A DNA stretch of 64,000 bases from Candidatus Poribacteria bacterium (GTDB taxonomy: Bacteria; Poribacteria; WGA-4E; PCPOR2b): positions 6,203,424-6,267,423 of the forward strand of contig OZ242315.1 of NCBI GenBank assembly GCA_965207975.1, read 5' to 3'. The position numbers and the translations under genes were made by a program. Positions 51,274 through 60,292 of the stretch are shown one piece after another (positions within the stretch are counted from its first letter, which is position 1; each line of letters begins with the position of its first letter). Under the pieces are notes generated by a model. That model was given only the letters and a program-made list of their open reading frames with translations. It had not been told where the DNA came from and did no database searches.

Positions 51274-51848
51274 ATTTGCTGGGGCTCACTTTCTATTGGA
51301 ACATTGCGCTTTTGGTTGAGCAGATTAATCCTACATCTTACCATAGCAGAGAGAAAAAGTCTATGAAAATCTTATCTTTAATGGGGTCTGATCCTCAATT
51401 GGACCGCTTATGTAAGTAGGAATCAATCGTAGATCTCATATTGACACAATCTCGGTTGCGTGTTAATATTTTCAGGGTTGGCCCGGTCATCTGCCGAAGT
51501 CGGTGAAATTGTGTAAAGGCGTCCGAAAACACAGTCTTAAAATTGCGATACAACAGAGCATGAGGAGTTGGTAGAGAGTTTGATGGGATTGTGTGGGGAG
51601 ATACAGAACGTGATGGACAACATTTGTGGGATATGGATAATCACCGGAATAGACCCGAAGTACAGGAGGCATTGACGGGTGGAATTGGTACGATAGATCG
51701 GTATAGCGATACGGTGATGACAACGCTCCGCTATCTTGCCTTGCCGTTGCAAAGGAGAGTCTCGGCGACGGCACAGATAGTACAGCATTCTCAGATTGAC
51801 GACGATCGAACCTTTGAATCCTTTGGCAATTTATAAGACGGGCAGAAT

Positions 51849-51885
51849 AAAAAAGCCCTATTCGGCAAAATACCGAACAGGGCTT
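51849..51885 (-). terminator. Intrinsic terminator after tRNA-Asn
   Basis: Stem aagccct.ttcgg / ccgaa.agggctt followed by a T-run on the minus strand. Confidence 0.75.
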
Positions 51886-51892
51886 AGAATAA

Positions 51893-51965
51893 CTCTCCCG
51901 GACGGATTCGAACCGCCGACAAAGTGGTTAACAGCCACCTGCTCTACCAGCTGAGCTACGGGAGA
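51893..51965 (-). tRNA. tRNA-Asn (GTT), CCA not encoded
   Basis: TCTCCCG TAGCTCAGCTGGTAGAGC AGGTGGCTGTTAACCAC ... GGTTCGAATCC ... CGGGAGA G cloverleaf. Confidence 0.96.
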
Positions 51966-52014
51966 TCATTGTGCAAAAAATCGCCGGCAACGTGTTGCAG
52001 CGCAACGAGGGTTA

Positions 52015-52043
52015 ATTATACATAATCGTTTGCGGAATTGCAA
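52015..52043 (-). promoter_or_regulatory. Sigma70-like promoter for tRNA-Asn
   Basis: TTGCAA-17 nt-TATAAT on minus strand. Confidence 0.7.
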
Positions 52044-52138
52044 GGAAAATTGGATCACGGAAAGAAGAACGAAGGAAATAAATTTATGAAAATAGTTATT
52101 AAGTTCTTTACGGATTGGTTTTCACTAGTTGGCTTTAG

Positions 52139-52465
52139 TTATCCAACTTCCAAATCTAAGGCAAATGAGATAGCGTTTTTAATCTCTATCATCACATTGT
52201 TTGAAAGTTTACCAAGCCTTCGCTCAAGTCGAACTTTCGGTATAGAACCCAACCCTTGTACATTGGCGTAAGAATCTTGATTAAGAAATCTCAATCTTGG
52301 TAGTGCTACTTCGTAGGGGCTTTGTCTGTACTGTGTGGTTAAAGGGACATAAGTCACCATAGCGCGTGGCGGATCTGGATCGTAGCGAGATACTATGAGA
52401 ATGGGGCGTGTTTTCGCGGCTAAACCAAGATCTGCCAGCCAAATCTCACCGGGATACGGGTTCAT
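52139..52465 (-). CDS. PemK/MazF family toxin
   Basis: GEIWLADLG, KTRPILIVS, VPLTT, RLGKL. Confidence 0.9.
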   Translation of the reverse strand: MNPYPGEIWLADLGLAAKTRPILIVSRYDPDPPRAMVTYVPLTTQYRQSPYEVALPRLRFLNQDSYANVQGLGSIPKVRLERRLGKLSNNVMIEIKNAISFALDLEVG

Positions 52466-52631
52466 CGAGTAGATTCAAAACCTCCTGTTCTACGAAACGC
52501 GATTGCATTATATCTAATACATCATGGTCCGCAAGATCAATAATTTCTGCAATTCGTTCCCTGACCTCCGCTACAGTATTCGGTTCCCATTCGCGTAATT
52601 TCGCGTCCAATCTTTCAGCTAACACATCCAT
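52446..52631 (-). CDS. Putative cognate antitoxin (61 aa, acidic)
   Basis: Directly upstream of and overlapping the toxin; GGAGG RBS. Confidence 0.7.
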   Translation of the reverse strand: MDVLAERLDAKLREWEPNTVAEVRERIAEIIDLADHDVLDIMQSRFVEQEVLNLLDEPVSR

Positions 52632-52878
52632 TGCGTTCCCTCCATTGATTCACTGTTTCCATACACCTATAGACAATGAAAATCTGCAAAAGTCAGTAGG
52701 TGTCTTCTAAGTGAACAAGATAACACAAATACCCTCTACATGTCAACCCGAAATTGACGGGCATTAGGGTCATTTAATTCTCCCGTAGCTCGATGTCTTG
52801 GTTGACGCTACGGCGGGGTAAGATGCCCCGCCTACGGGTTTCGGGTCATTCCAAAACCGGTCAAAAAACCGAAAACTA

Positions 52879-53051
52879 TGGTAAATTCTAAAAATAAATA
52901 GACACTTTCGCCCCTGGTAGGTGCCGTGGTGGGTTGAACCGGCTTGTCCCGATTCTCCCCGATTGCATCGGGACAGGCGGGATCCCGATAAATCGGGATT
53001 GGAAACAGCGCCTACCAATTTGGAGTATCTCATTAATTCTAAAATCTACTA
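52879..53051. mobile_element. IS630-type MITE carrying a GTAG hairpin pair and nested palindromes
   Basis: TA|TGGTAAATTCTAAAAATAAATAGACAC ... TTAATTCTAAAATCTACTA|TA. Confidence 0.8.
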
Positions 53052-53078
53052 TAAATGACCCTAGACGGGCATAATCCC

Positions 53079-53108
53079 TTGACGCTATTCTCTATCATCT
53101 GATATAAT
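53079..53108 (+). promoter_or_regulatory. Sigma70-like promoter for mqnD
   Basis: TTGACG-18 nt-TATAAT with TGn extended -10. Confidence 0.65.
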
Positions 53109-53183
53109 CGGCGCAAAGTTCGTGGAAGCGATCACACGTCCAGTCCACGACTCGCGGACCTTGAGTCGTAATGGGAGAAATAG

Positions 53184-54026
53184 ATGTCACAACCGGAACA
53201 GATTCGTATTGGTCATAGCCCTGATTCTGATGATGCTTTTATGTTCTATGCCATCGCTAACGGGTTGATTCCAACCGACGGCTTTGAGATTGTCCAAGTT
53301 GCCGAGGATATTGAAAGTTTGAACAAACGCGCGGTCAACGGGGAGTTGGAGGTGACAGCCATATCGGTACACGCCTACGCCTACGTCGCCCAACACTATG
53401 CGCTGATGTCGTGTGGGGCAAGCATCGGTGATCGGTACGGTCCACTCGTTGTGTCCAAGGAACCGATGCAGCGTGAAGATCTTGTGGGCAAAAAAATCGC
53501 GATACCCGGTGAAATGACGACCGCTTACCTGACATTGCGGCTTTGTCAACCTGACTTTGAGCCTGAAGTTGTCCAATTTGATCAGATCTTGCCGTATGTT
53601 CGGGAGGGCAATGCGGATGCGGGGTTAATTATCCACGAAGGACAGCTAACCTATGGTCAGGCAGGGCTGCATAAGGTGGTCGATCTGGGGGAATGGTGGT
53701 ATGAGGAGAGCGGATTGCCGCTGCCGCTTGGGGCGAATGCCATCCGTCGGGATCTCGGTGCGGAGAAGATCCGCCGCATTACTTCGCTCATCAAGCAGAG
53801 CATTCAGTATTCGCTAGAGCATCGAGAGGGCGGCTTGGCTTACGCCATGAACTATGCGCGCGATATGGAGACGGAACTGGCAGACCGATTCGTTGGCATG
53901 TATGTGAACGACTACACCCTCGACTACGGTGAAAAGGGCAGGGCAGGGGTCAGAGAACTGATGGAACGTGGTTATAAATCTGGTGTTATTCCGCATCCAG
54001 TCGACGTTGAATTTGCGACGGGATGA
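53184..54026 (+). CDS. mqnD: 1,4-dihydroxy-6-naphthoate synthase (futalosine menaquinone pathway)
   Basis: GHSPDSDDAFMF, DIESLN, LIIHEGQLTY, LPLPLG, MYVNDYT. Confidence 0.88.
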   Translation: MSQPEQIRIGHSPDSDDAFMFYAIANGLIPTDGFEIVQVAEDIESLNKRAVNGELEVTAISVHAYAYVAQHYALMSCGASIGDRYGPLVVSKEPMQREDLVGKKIAIPGEMTTAYLTLRLCQPDFEPEVVQFDQILPYVREGNADAGLIIHEGQLTYGQAGLHKVVDLGEWWYEESGLPLPLGANAIRRDLGAEKIRRITSLIKQSIQYSLEHREGGLAYAMNYARDMETELADRFVGMYVNDYTLDYGEKGRAGVRELMERGYKSGVIPHPVDVEFATG

Positions 54027-54046
54027 TCGCTTGGAGGTAGGTCGAT

Positions 54047-54919
54047 ATGGAAAATCCAAAATTGGATATATCCCCTCATTTCAAGAGCGAACCTTTTTTT
54101 GAGGGGATGGGCACTTATATTATCAATGACGACGTTTGTAAACCCGATCTGTTTACAGGTGAGTTTATTGACCTGATTGTTACATCTCCCCCATACAATG
54201 TCGGTATTGATTACGATTCCAACGATGATACACTAGGTTACGAGGATTACCTCGATTTTAGTAGAGAATGGATACAAAATTGCTACAAATGGAGTAAGCC
54301 GCACGCTCGCCTGCTTCTGAACATTCCGCTCGATAAGAACAAGGGGGGGCATAGAAGCGTCGGTTCCGATCTTACGAGAATTGCACAGGCGGTAGATTGG
54401 AAATACCACGCCACAATTGTTTGGAATGAAGGAAATATCTCTCGTCGAACTGCATGGGGATCTTGGATGTCCGCATCCGCGCCTTACGTCATTGCCCCCG
54501 TTGAATTGATTGTTATTCTGTATAAGGACTCTTGGAAGAAACAGCTTGGCAGCAAAGAATCAGACATCCCACGCGATGAATTTATGGCATGGACAAATGG
54601 GTTATGGACATTCAATGGGGAGAGTAAAAAACGGGTAGGACACCCCGCCCCCTTCCCGCGTGAGTTGCCGTATCGTTGCATCAAATTATTTAGCTACGTT
54701 GGGGACGTTGTATTCGATCCATTTTTGGGGAGCGGGACAACCTTAATAGAAGCACAGAACAACGACCGGTTTGGTGTGGGCGTTGAAATTGACAGCGGTT
54801 ATTGCGAATTGGCTCAAAAGCGGATAATGAATAGTCGGAGTCTGTTCGCAACACCGGAGGAAAAAAGTCTTGCTCGACCTTCCGCAGATCCCGTCCCTAG
54901 GCAAGTGGAAAATGGTTGA
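54047..54919 (+). CDS. Beta-class amino-DNA methyltransferase, no adjacent nuclease
   Basis: TSPPYNV, HPAPFP, DPFLGSGTT. Confidence 0.92.
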   Translation: MENPKLDISPHFKSEPFFEGMGTYIINDDVCKPDLFTGEFIDLIVTSPPYNVGIDYDSNDDTLGYEDYLDFSREWIQNCYKWSKPHARLLLNIPLDKNKGGHRSVGSDLTRIAQAVDWKYHATIVWNEGNISRRTAWGSWMSASAPYVIAPVELIVILYKDSWKKQLGSKESDIPRDEFMAWTNGLWTFNGESKKRVGHPAPFPRELPYRCIKLFSYVGDVVFDPFLGSGTTLIEAQNNDRFGVGVEIDSGYCELAQKRIMNSRSLFATPEEKSLARPSADPVPRQVENG

Positions 54920-54952
54920 ATGGGTTGGGGCGGTTCAACATCCCATACCGAT

Positions 54953-55735
54953 TCAGACATCAACCGCGATGCGTTGTCCGATACCTGTTAGCAAACGTCC
55001 ACCGTCAACGACAAACGCGGTTCCCGTAACAAATGACGCATCATCGGATGCCAGATACGCAACGGCTTTGGCGGTGTCCTCAGGTTCACCCGCGCGTCCA
55101 ATCGGCAACTCCGCTGCCCATCGGTCAAGTGTACTTTGTCGGTCAGCATCAGAGGAAACGATCATCGGTGTCGCCGTTGGACCGGGACAGACCGCATTGA
55201 CGCGAATGTTGTGTTTTGCGAAATCGAGAGCCATACACTGCGTCAGGAGAATAATGGCTGCCTTCGACGCGCCGTAGACAGAATAACCGCCGCCGCCGGA
55301 CATACCGGCTGTGGAAGCGGTGTTGATAATCACGCCGCCGCCTGTCTGTTGCATTGCGGGGATAGCGTATTTGGAAACGAGGTAGACACTTTTCAAGTTA
55401 ATGTCGATGCACCGATCCCAATCGGCTTCTGGTATTGTGGTAACAGCCCCAACAACCAAAATTCCTGCGTTATTGTGCAGGATGTCTAACTGACTATATT
55501 GGCGGAGGGTTTCTTGGATGAGGCGGTCTGCATCTTCCGCTTTTGAAACGTCAGCTTGGACAAAAGATATTTCAGTTTGGGTTTCTTGACCGATTTCCTC
55601 AGCAACGGTTTGACCATCAAGATTTATATCAGCGATGACAACACTTGCGCCTTCGGAGGCGAACTGTTTGACGGTTGCCTTTCCAATGCCTGAAGCCCCG
55701 CCTGTTACGATAACCGATTTTCCTTGAAATCTCAT
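54953..55735 (-). CDS. SDR family oxidoreductase
   Basis: TGGASGIG, NNAG, YGASK. Confidence 0.95.
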   Translation of the reverse strand: MRFQGKSVIVTGGASGIGKATVKQFASEGASVVIADINLDGQTVAEEIGQETQTEISFVQADVSKAEDADRLIQETLRQYSQLDILHNNAGILVVGAVTTIPEADWDRCIDINLKSVYLVSKYAIPAMQQTGGGVIINTASTAGMSGGGGYSVYGASKAAIILLTQCMALDFAKHNIRVNAVCPGPTATPMIVSSDADRQSTLDRWAAELPIGRAGEPEDTAKAVAYLASDDASFVTGTAFVVDGGRLLTGIGQRIAVDV

Positions 55736-55866
55736 CTGTTCTCCCGATCGTAATAGAGGTTATTGAATGCGGGGCAATTGTACCTCGATCTGGAAAACAA
55801 GTCAACTATCCTAGCGTCATACTTTTTCTGCATCATCCACAAACAGCTCGAAAGTGGGTTTTATGA

Positions 55867-56955
55867 ATGAAGCTTGGCATCGTTGGATTACCTTACGTCG
55901 GTAAAACTACCCTGTTCAATGCGCTGACACAGTCTGAAGCAGAAACGGGGACTTATGCCGCCAAAAAGGGTGCCAATGTCGGTTCGGTGAAAGTGCCGGA
56001 CGAGCGATTGACAACGTTGGCGGAGGTCTTCAACCCGAAACGGGTGACTCCAACAAGCATTGATTATGTGGATATCGCTGGCGTTTCCAAGGGGGATATT
56101 GCGCTTGAGGGGTTGGAAACGGGAGCCATCGCTGAACTCCGTGAGGTTGACGCGCTTGCACATGTCGTGCGCGTATTCGCAGATGACGCTGTGCCCCACG
56201 TTGACGGCGATGTAGACCCGGAGCGGGATATCGAAACGATTGACATCGAACTTGCCTTTGCAGATTTGGGGATTATTGACAGCCGCTTAGATCGGCTCAA
56301 CCGGGAGCTTCGGACACAGAAAATTCCAGCGTTAGAACATGAGCGCGCGGTGTTGAATCAATGTAAGAACGCATTGGAAGGGGGCACCGCTATTAGAGAG
56401 CTGCGGCTTTCCCCTGAAGATGAGCGTGCGATACGCGGTTACGGACTCTTGACGCAAAAACCGCTACTGTTGATTCTCAATATTGGCGAGGAGAGACTGG
56501 AAAGGGCAGAGGAGGTACGCTCTAGTTTTGCAGAGTACGCCCAAAATCGGCAAATTGAAATCATCACGCTTTCCGCAAGATTGGAGATGGAATTGACACA
56601 ACTTGACGCGGAGGATGCGGAAATCTTCCGTACTGAAATGGGACTCAACGAGTCCGCGCTGGCGTGGGTGATTGATGCTTCGTATCGCGCCCTCGGACTG
56701 ATAACCTTTTTCACTGTTGTTTCGGATGAGTTACGCGCTTGGACGCTTAAAGCGGGCATGACTACCCTTGATGCGGCGGGGACAATCCATACGGACATGG
56801 CGCGGGGATTTATCCGAGCGGAAGCCATCCAGTGGGCGGATCTGGTGGATTGTGGAGGCTTAACAAAGGCGCGGGACAACGGGTTGCTACGGCTTGAAGG
56901 GAAGGATTACCTTGTATCGGATGGCGATGTCCTGACGATACGGTTTAATGTTTAG
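55867..56955 (+). CDS. ychF: Obg-family ATPase YchF
   Basis: GLPYVGKTTLFNALT, DIAG, AAGTIHTD..GFIRAE, EGKDY. Confidence 0.93.
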   Translation: MKLGIVGLPYVGKTTLFNALTQSEAETGTYAAKKGANVGSVKVPDERLTTLAEVFNPKRVTPTSIDYVDIAGVSKGDIALEGLETGAIAELREVDALAHVVRVFADDAVPHVDGDVDPERDIETIDIELAFADLGIIDSRLDRLNRELRTQKIPALEHERAVLNQCKNALEGGTAIRELRLSPEDERAIRGYGLLTQKPLLLILNIGEERLERAEEVRSSFAEYAQNRQIEIITLSARLEMELTQLDAEDAEIFRTEMGLNESALAWVIDASYRALGLITFFTVVSDELRAWTLKAGMTTLDAAGTIHTDMARGFIRAEAIQWADLVDCGGLTKARDNGLLRLEGKDYLVSDGDVLTIRFNV

Positions 56956-56959
56956 AGAC

Positions 56960-57442
56960 TCAAGACTCTTTGACATATAGGATGCCATCTTCCACTTTGA
57001 CCGGCAGCTTCTCCATCGGTCGAGGCGGTGGGCCCGCAACGACATTTCCTGCGTTGTCGAAGATCGCACCGTGGCAGGGGCAGAGGAACTGATCTTTGTC
57101 CTCATCCCATCGCACAAGGCAACCGAGATGGGAGCAGACACGCGAAAAGACCACGAAATTTCCGTCTCCCTGATCTGTCACGTAGACAGAGCGTTTTTTG
57201 TTCGTCTCAACCCAACCATCTTTGGCATTAAAGGTGTAGTTGATCTTTTTATAGCGGCTCCCCTTAAGCAGATCGACGATACCGAGATCCACCCATTTCT
57301 TTGATGCTTTCCTGAAAGCGGGCGAGATGGCAAATCCGATCAACGGGACCCCCATCGCTAGACTGATTAGACCGCCGATAGCTGCCATACAAGCCTTAAA
57401 GAATGTACGTCGTTTCTGCCCTTCCTCTGGGACGTTTGTCAT
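56960..57442 (-). CDS. Rieske 2Fe-2S protein with Tat-like anchor (QcrA-like)
   Basis: RRTFFK + TM helix; CSHLGC, CPCHG. Confidence 0.92.
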   Translation of the reverse strand: MTNVPEEGQKRRTFFKACMAAIGGLISLAMGVPLIGFAISPAFRKASKKWVDLGIVDLLKGSRYKKINYTFNAKDGWVETNKKRSVYVTDQGDGNFVVFSRVCSHLGCLVRWDEDKDQFLCPCHGAIFDNAGNVVAGPPPRPMEKLPVKVEDGILYVKES

Positions 57443-57453
57443 ATCAATCCCTC

Positions 57454-58419
57454 CTAATTTAAGTCCTCATCTAGGTCAATCTCCTCCACGCTGAAACGGA
57501 GATGCGCTTTATCGACCACATCAATGATTTCCTGCCACTGTTTTTGGGTTTTCTCAGAGATACCTTCTGCTTCAAGGGTTTGGGCAAATTCATTGATGGC
57601 ACTGCGGAACTGTTGTTGAAAATAGGTATATTCTTCTGTTTCGTTTGGATTTTTAGGAGGTTCAAAATAGTCGATTAATTCGGTATACTTGCCAAGCTGT
57701 TTTGCTGCCTGCACTGCCGCTGCCTTATCATTATCCTTTGATTCTGCCCCCTTTTGGAAATACGCCCGGATAAGATCATATTCATCTTTCATCATCGCCA
57801 TAACCTCCTTAAGATCCTCCGGTTCAATCATTTCTGGGGCATCTTCTTCAGGCTTCGCAGGTCTTTTCAAAAACAGGGCGTAACTGATAGCAAGGGTTTT
57901 TTGTGGGAGGAGTGCAACCGCCTGCGAAGCTGCTTGCGCTCCGTCAAATGATTTGACATCTTCACCGACTTTGAATTTGCCTTCGATCCCCTTGCCCTGG
58001 AACTGGTTGAGGAATTTGTCGGCGGCAATACCAGCGGCCTCACTGTGTTTATGGATCTCGACTTTGACTACCTTTCCCGTCATATCGAGTCCCACACCAC
58101 CGCTGATGACACCATTCGGTCCTTTAACAGCTAGAAGGAGAGCCAATCCGATTGGCTTTTTGTTTTTATTGACAGCGATGTAAAATGTCGGTTTAAGGTC
58201 TTCGGGACGTAGTTTTGTTCCGATTTCTTCTTCGATGGAAGCAACCTTTTCGGGCGTTAGATCCGCCTTTTTCTCCAAGAAGTTCGCCGCATTTGGAAAA
58301 ATGGAAGCCAATTTCTCATTGGGCAGGGTTATTTCCTGTCCCCAAGCGAGAGTGGCCGAGACAGCAATTAACACGCTTAAAAGAGCGATTCGGCAAGATA
58401 CAACGGCTTTGGGTTTCAT
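57454..58419 (-). CDS. Exported protein: FMN-binding-like domain + C-terminal four-helix (cytochrome b562-like) domain
   Basis: Signal peptide; KGPNG, FLNQFQGK, FDGAQAAS; DLKEVM ... VDKAHLRF. Confidence 0.6.
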   Translation of the reverse strand: MKPKAVVSCRIALLSVLIAVSATLAWGQEITLPNEKLASIFPNAANFLEKKADLTPEKVASIEEEIGTKLRPEDLKPTFYIAVNKNKKPIGLALLLAVKGPNGVISGGVGLDMTGKVVKVEIHKHSEAAGIAADKFLNQFQGKGIEGKFKVGEDVKSFDGAQAASQAVALLPQKTLAISYALFLKRPAKPEEDAPEMIEPEDLKEVMAMMKDEYDLIRAYFQKGAESKDNDKAAAVQAAKQLGKYTELIDYFEPPKNPNETEEYTYFQQQFRSAINEFAQTLEAEGISEKTQKQWQEIIDVVDKAHLRFSVEEIDLDEDLN

Positions 58420-58693
58420 CGGTTTTTCTCCCTTGCAGGTTAGTCTTGTGTATCAGTATAACTGGCACAGATGGCAACTGTCAAGCCAATCAGGAAAGAT
58501 GGCGGCGAGTTTAGTTCATTGGTTCATTGGCTGTGAGTGTTGGGTTTCACTCTCGCCGCCTGTAAAAATACAGTGTTGATAGGCAGAAACCCTACTGCCC
58601 TTGATGGTGGTGTGTTTTCAAGCGTTTAGCCCAGCCTACGATACTGGGACTTCAACGCGAAGACGAAAGCACAAGAAAACCGGGTATCCCTAA

Positions 58694-58832
58694 TAGGACT
58701 TACGCACTTGAACGCTCAAAGCGGGCAACCACAAGGGTTGCCCCTACGGTCAGATCCTCGGTTTATAGTCGGGCGCGTGTGTCGTGACGCGCAATGAATT
58801 GTGCTACTACAAACTGAACTGCGTAATTCCTA
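58694..58832. mobile_element. MITE with TAGGACTTACGCA termini and 5-bp target duplication CCTAA
   Basis: cctaa|taggacttacgca ... tgcgtaattccta|cctaa. Confidence 0.85.
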
Positions 58833-58853
58833 CCTAATTAAGAGGGCGGTATT

Positions 58854-58957
58854 GTAGGGAACAACGATTGTTGTTCCCTACTTGTTGACGGCTAATGTCG
58901 AGATGTGAATCTCGACCTACTGGGCTCCTAATGTTGAAATGCGAATTTCGACCTACT
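58854..58957. repeat. Cluster of GTAG/CTAC-flanked REP-like hairpins
   Basis: gtagggaacaac..gttgttccctac; gtcgagatgtgaatctcgacctac (cf. 11771-11796); degenerate third copy. Confidence 0.7.
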
Positions 58958-58968
58958 GGTGGACCGAT

Positions 58969-60291
58969 TTATCCCAGATCGCGGCGAAGTTCCTCTGCTG
59001 AGGCAAGGTCCGCAACCGTGCCTGGGGGATGTTTATACCACCCCGGATCATCATAGCTGGTCAGATGCTCTCGGATTTTTAGGAGGGTAAACATGCCGCC
59101 CATTGTGATGTAATCAAAGGGCCCCCGCGCACCGACCATGGGAATGCTGTTCTTTGGCACTGGCATGTGTCCTGCTTCAACGTGAATGCCGTGTTCCCCC
59201 ATGCCGTGCTCGCCCATCATCATATACGCAGGCAACAGGCTACGCACTTTCTGGTCGAACCCCTCTTTCTGAACCCCAACTACATTAGGAAAATCGTGTC
59301 CCATCTGATTCATAACGTGGTGGGTCATGTGACAATGCACCGCCCAATCGCCGGGGTCACTCGCAATAAACTCAATATCCTGTGTGTCACCAACAGGGAC
59401 AAAGAGCGTGCTGCCGGGCTGCTGCGCGGCAGTTGGAATGCGACCTCCATTGGTCGCGGTAATCTTGAAGTAGTGTCCGTGGAGATGAATTGAGTGATGG
59501 TCCATCGCGGAGAGATTGCCGAAGCGAATCCGAACCCTATCGCCCATCTTGGCGACTAAGGGCTCGGTTCCGGGATAACACTTTGCGTTCATTGTCAGGA
59601 CGTTGAAGTCGTTCATCTCGTTGGGATTGGGGGTAGAGGTTCCCGGATCAATCCGCCACTCACTTAGCATGATAGCAAAGTCGCGATCCACTTTGTAATC
59701 GGACGAGAGTTTTCTGGGGTGGAAAATGAGCATTCCCATCATCCCCATCGCCATCTGGGTCATTTCGTCATGGTGGGAGTGGTACATATAGGTCCCCGAT
59801 TGGCGCACCGTCCACTCATATTTGAAGGTCTCCCCCGGTTGGATGGCACGCTGGGTTAGCCCGCCGACGCCGTCCATCCCGTTTGGGAGAAAGACACCAT
59901 GCCAGTGGACAGACGTGGGAGCTTTGAGCTTGTTGGTAACATAGATGCGGATATGCTCGCCCTCCACTGCCTCAATGGTGGGACCGTGGACTTTTCCATT
60001 GTACCCCCAACACTTTGCCTTCAGACCGGAAGCGAAATTATGCCATACCTCTTCGGCGACCAAGTGGAAGACTTTTACGCCGTCAACAATTTTCCACGGT
60101 AAAGACGAGATGTTGGGTGTTATCACCGGTGTGTAGTCTTTACCGGGCAGCCCCGGTGCTAACGCTGGTCGTTGTATGTCTCCTGAGTAGGATTTCTCCC
60201 ATTGGGACTCTGCTGCGCTGGCTTTCGCTGCGCCTAGAGCAACGGCACCGCCAACCAGTGCCCCTGTTTTGAGCATATCTCTTCGATTCAT
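58969..60291 (-). CDS. Multicopper oxidase, Tat-exported
   Basis: RRDML Tat motif; HWHG, YHSH, HLHGH, HCHMTHH; Met/His-rich tail. Confidence 0.92.
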   Translation of the reverse strand: MNRRDMLKTGALVGGAVALGAAKASAAESQWEKSYSGDIQRPALAPGLPGKDYTPVITPNISSLPWKIVDGVKVFHLVAEEVWHNFASGLKAKCWGYNGKVHGPTIEAVEGEHIRIYVTNKLKAPTSVHWHGVFLPNGMDGVGGLTQRAIQPGETFKYEWTVRQSGTYMYHSHHDEMTQMAMGMMGMLIFHPRKLSSDYKVDRDFAIMLSEWRIDPGTSTPNPNEMNDFNVLTMNAKCYPGTEPLVAKMGDRVRIRFGNLSAMDHHSIHLHGHYFKITATNGGRIPTAAQQPGSTLFVPVGDTQDIEFIASDPGDWAVHCHMTHHVMNQMGHDFPNVVGVQKEGFDQKVRSLLPAYMMMGEHGMGEHGIHVEAGHMPVPKNSIPMVGARGPFDYITMGGMFTLLKIREHLTSYDDPGWYKHPPGTVADLASAEELRRDLG

Positions 60292-60292
60292 T

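Noticed and set aside
51591-51836. 81-aa ORF downstream of a promoter-like TTGACA-17-TAATAT (51441-51469)
   Set aside because: Only a faint resemblance to a DUF86/HEPN N-terminus (RDGQHLWDM); not enough support.
52779-52791. 13-nt match (TCTCCCGTAGCTC) to the tRNA-Asn 5' end as an att site
   Set aside because: Inverted relative to the tRNA, overlaps a CCCGTAG...CTACGGG hairpin, and no integrase is nearby.
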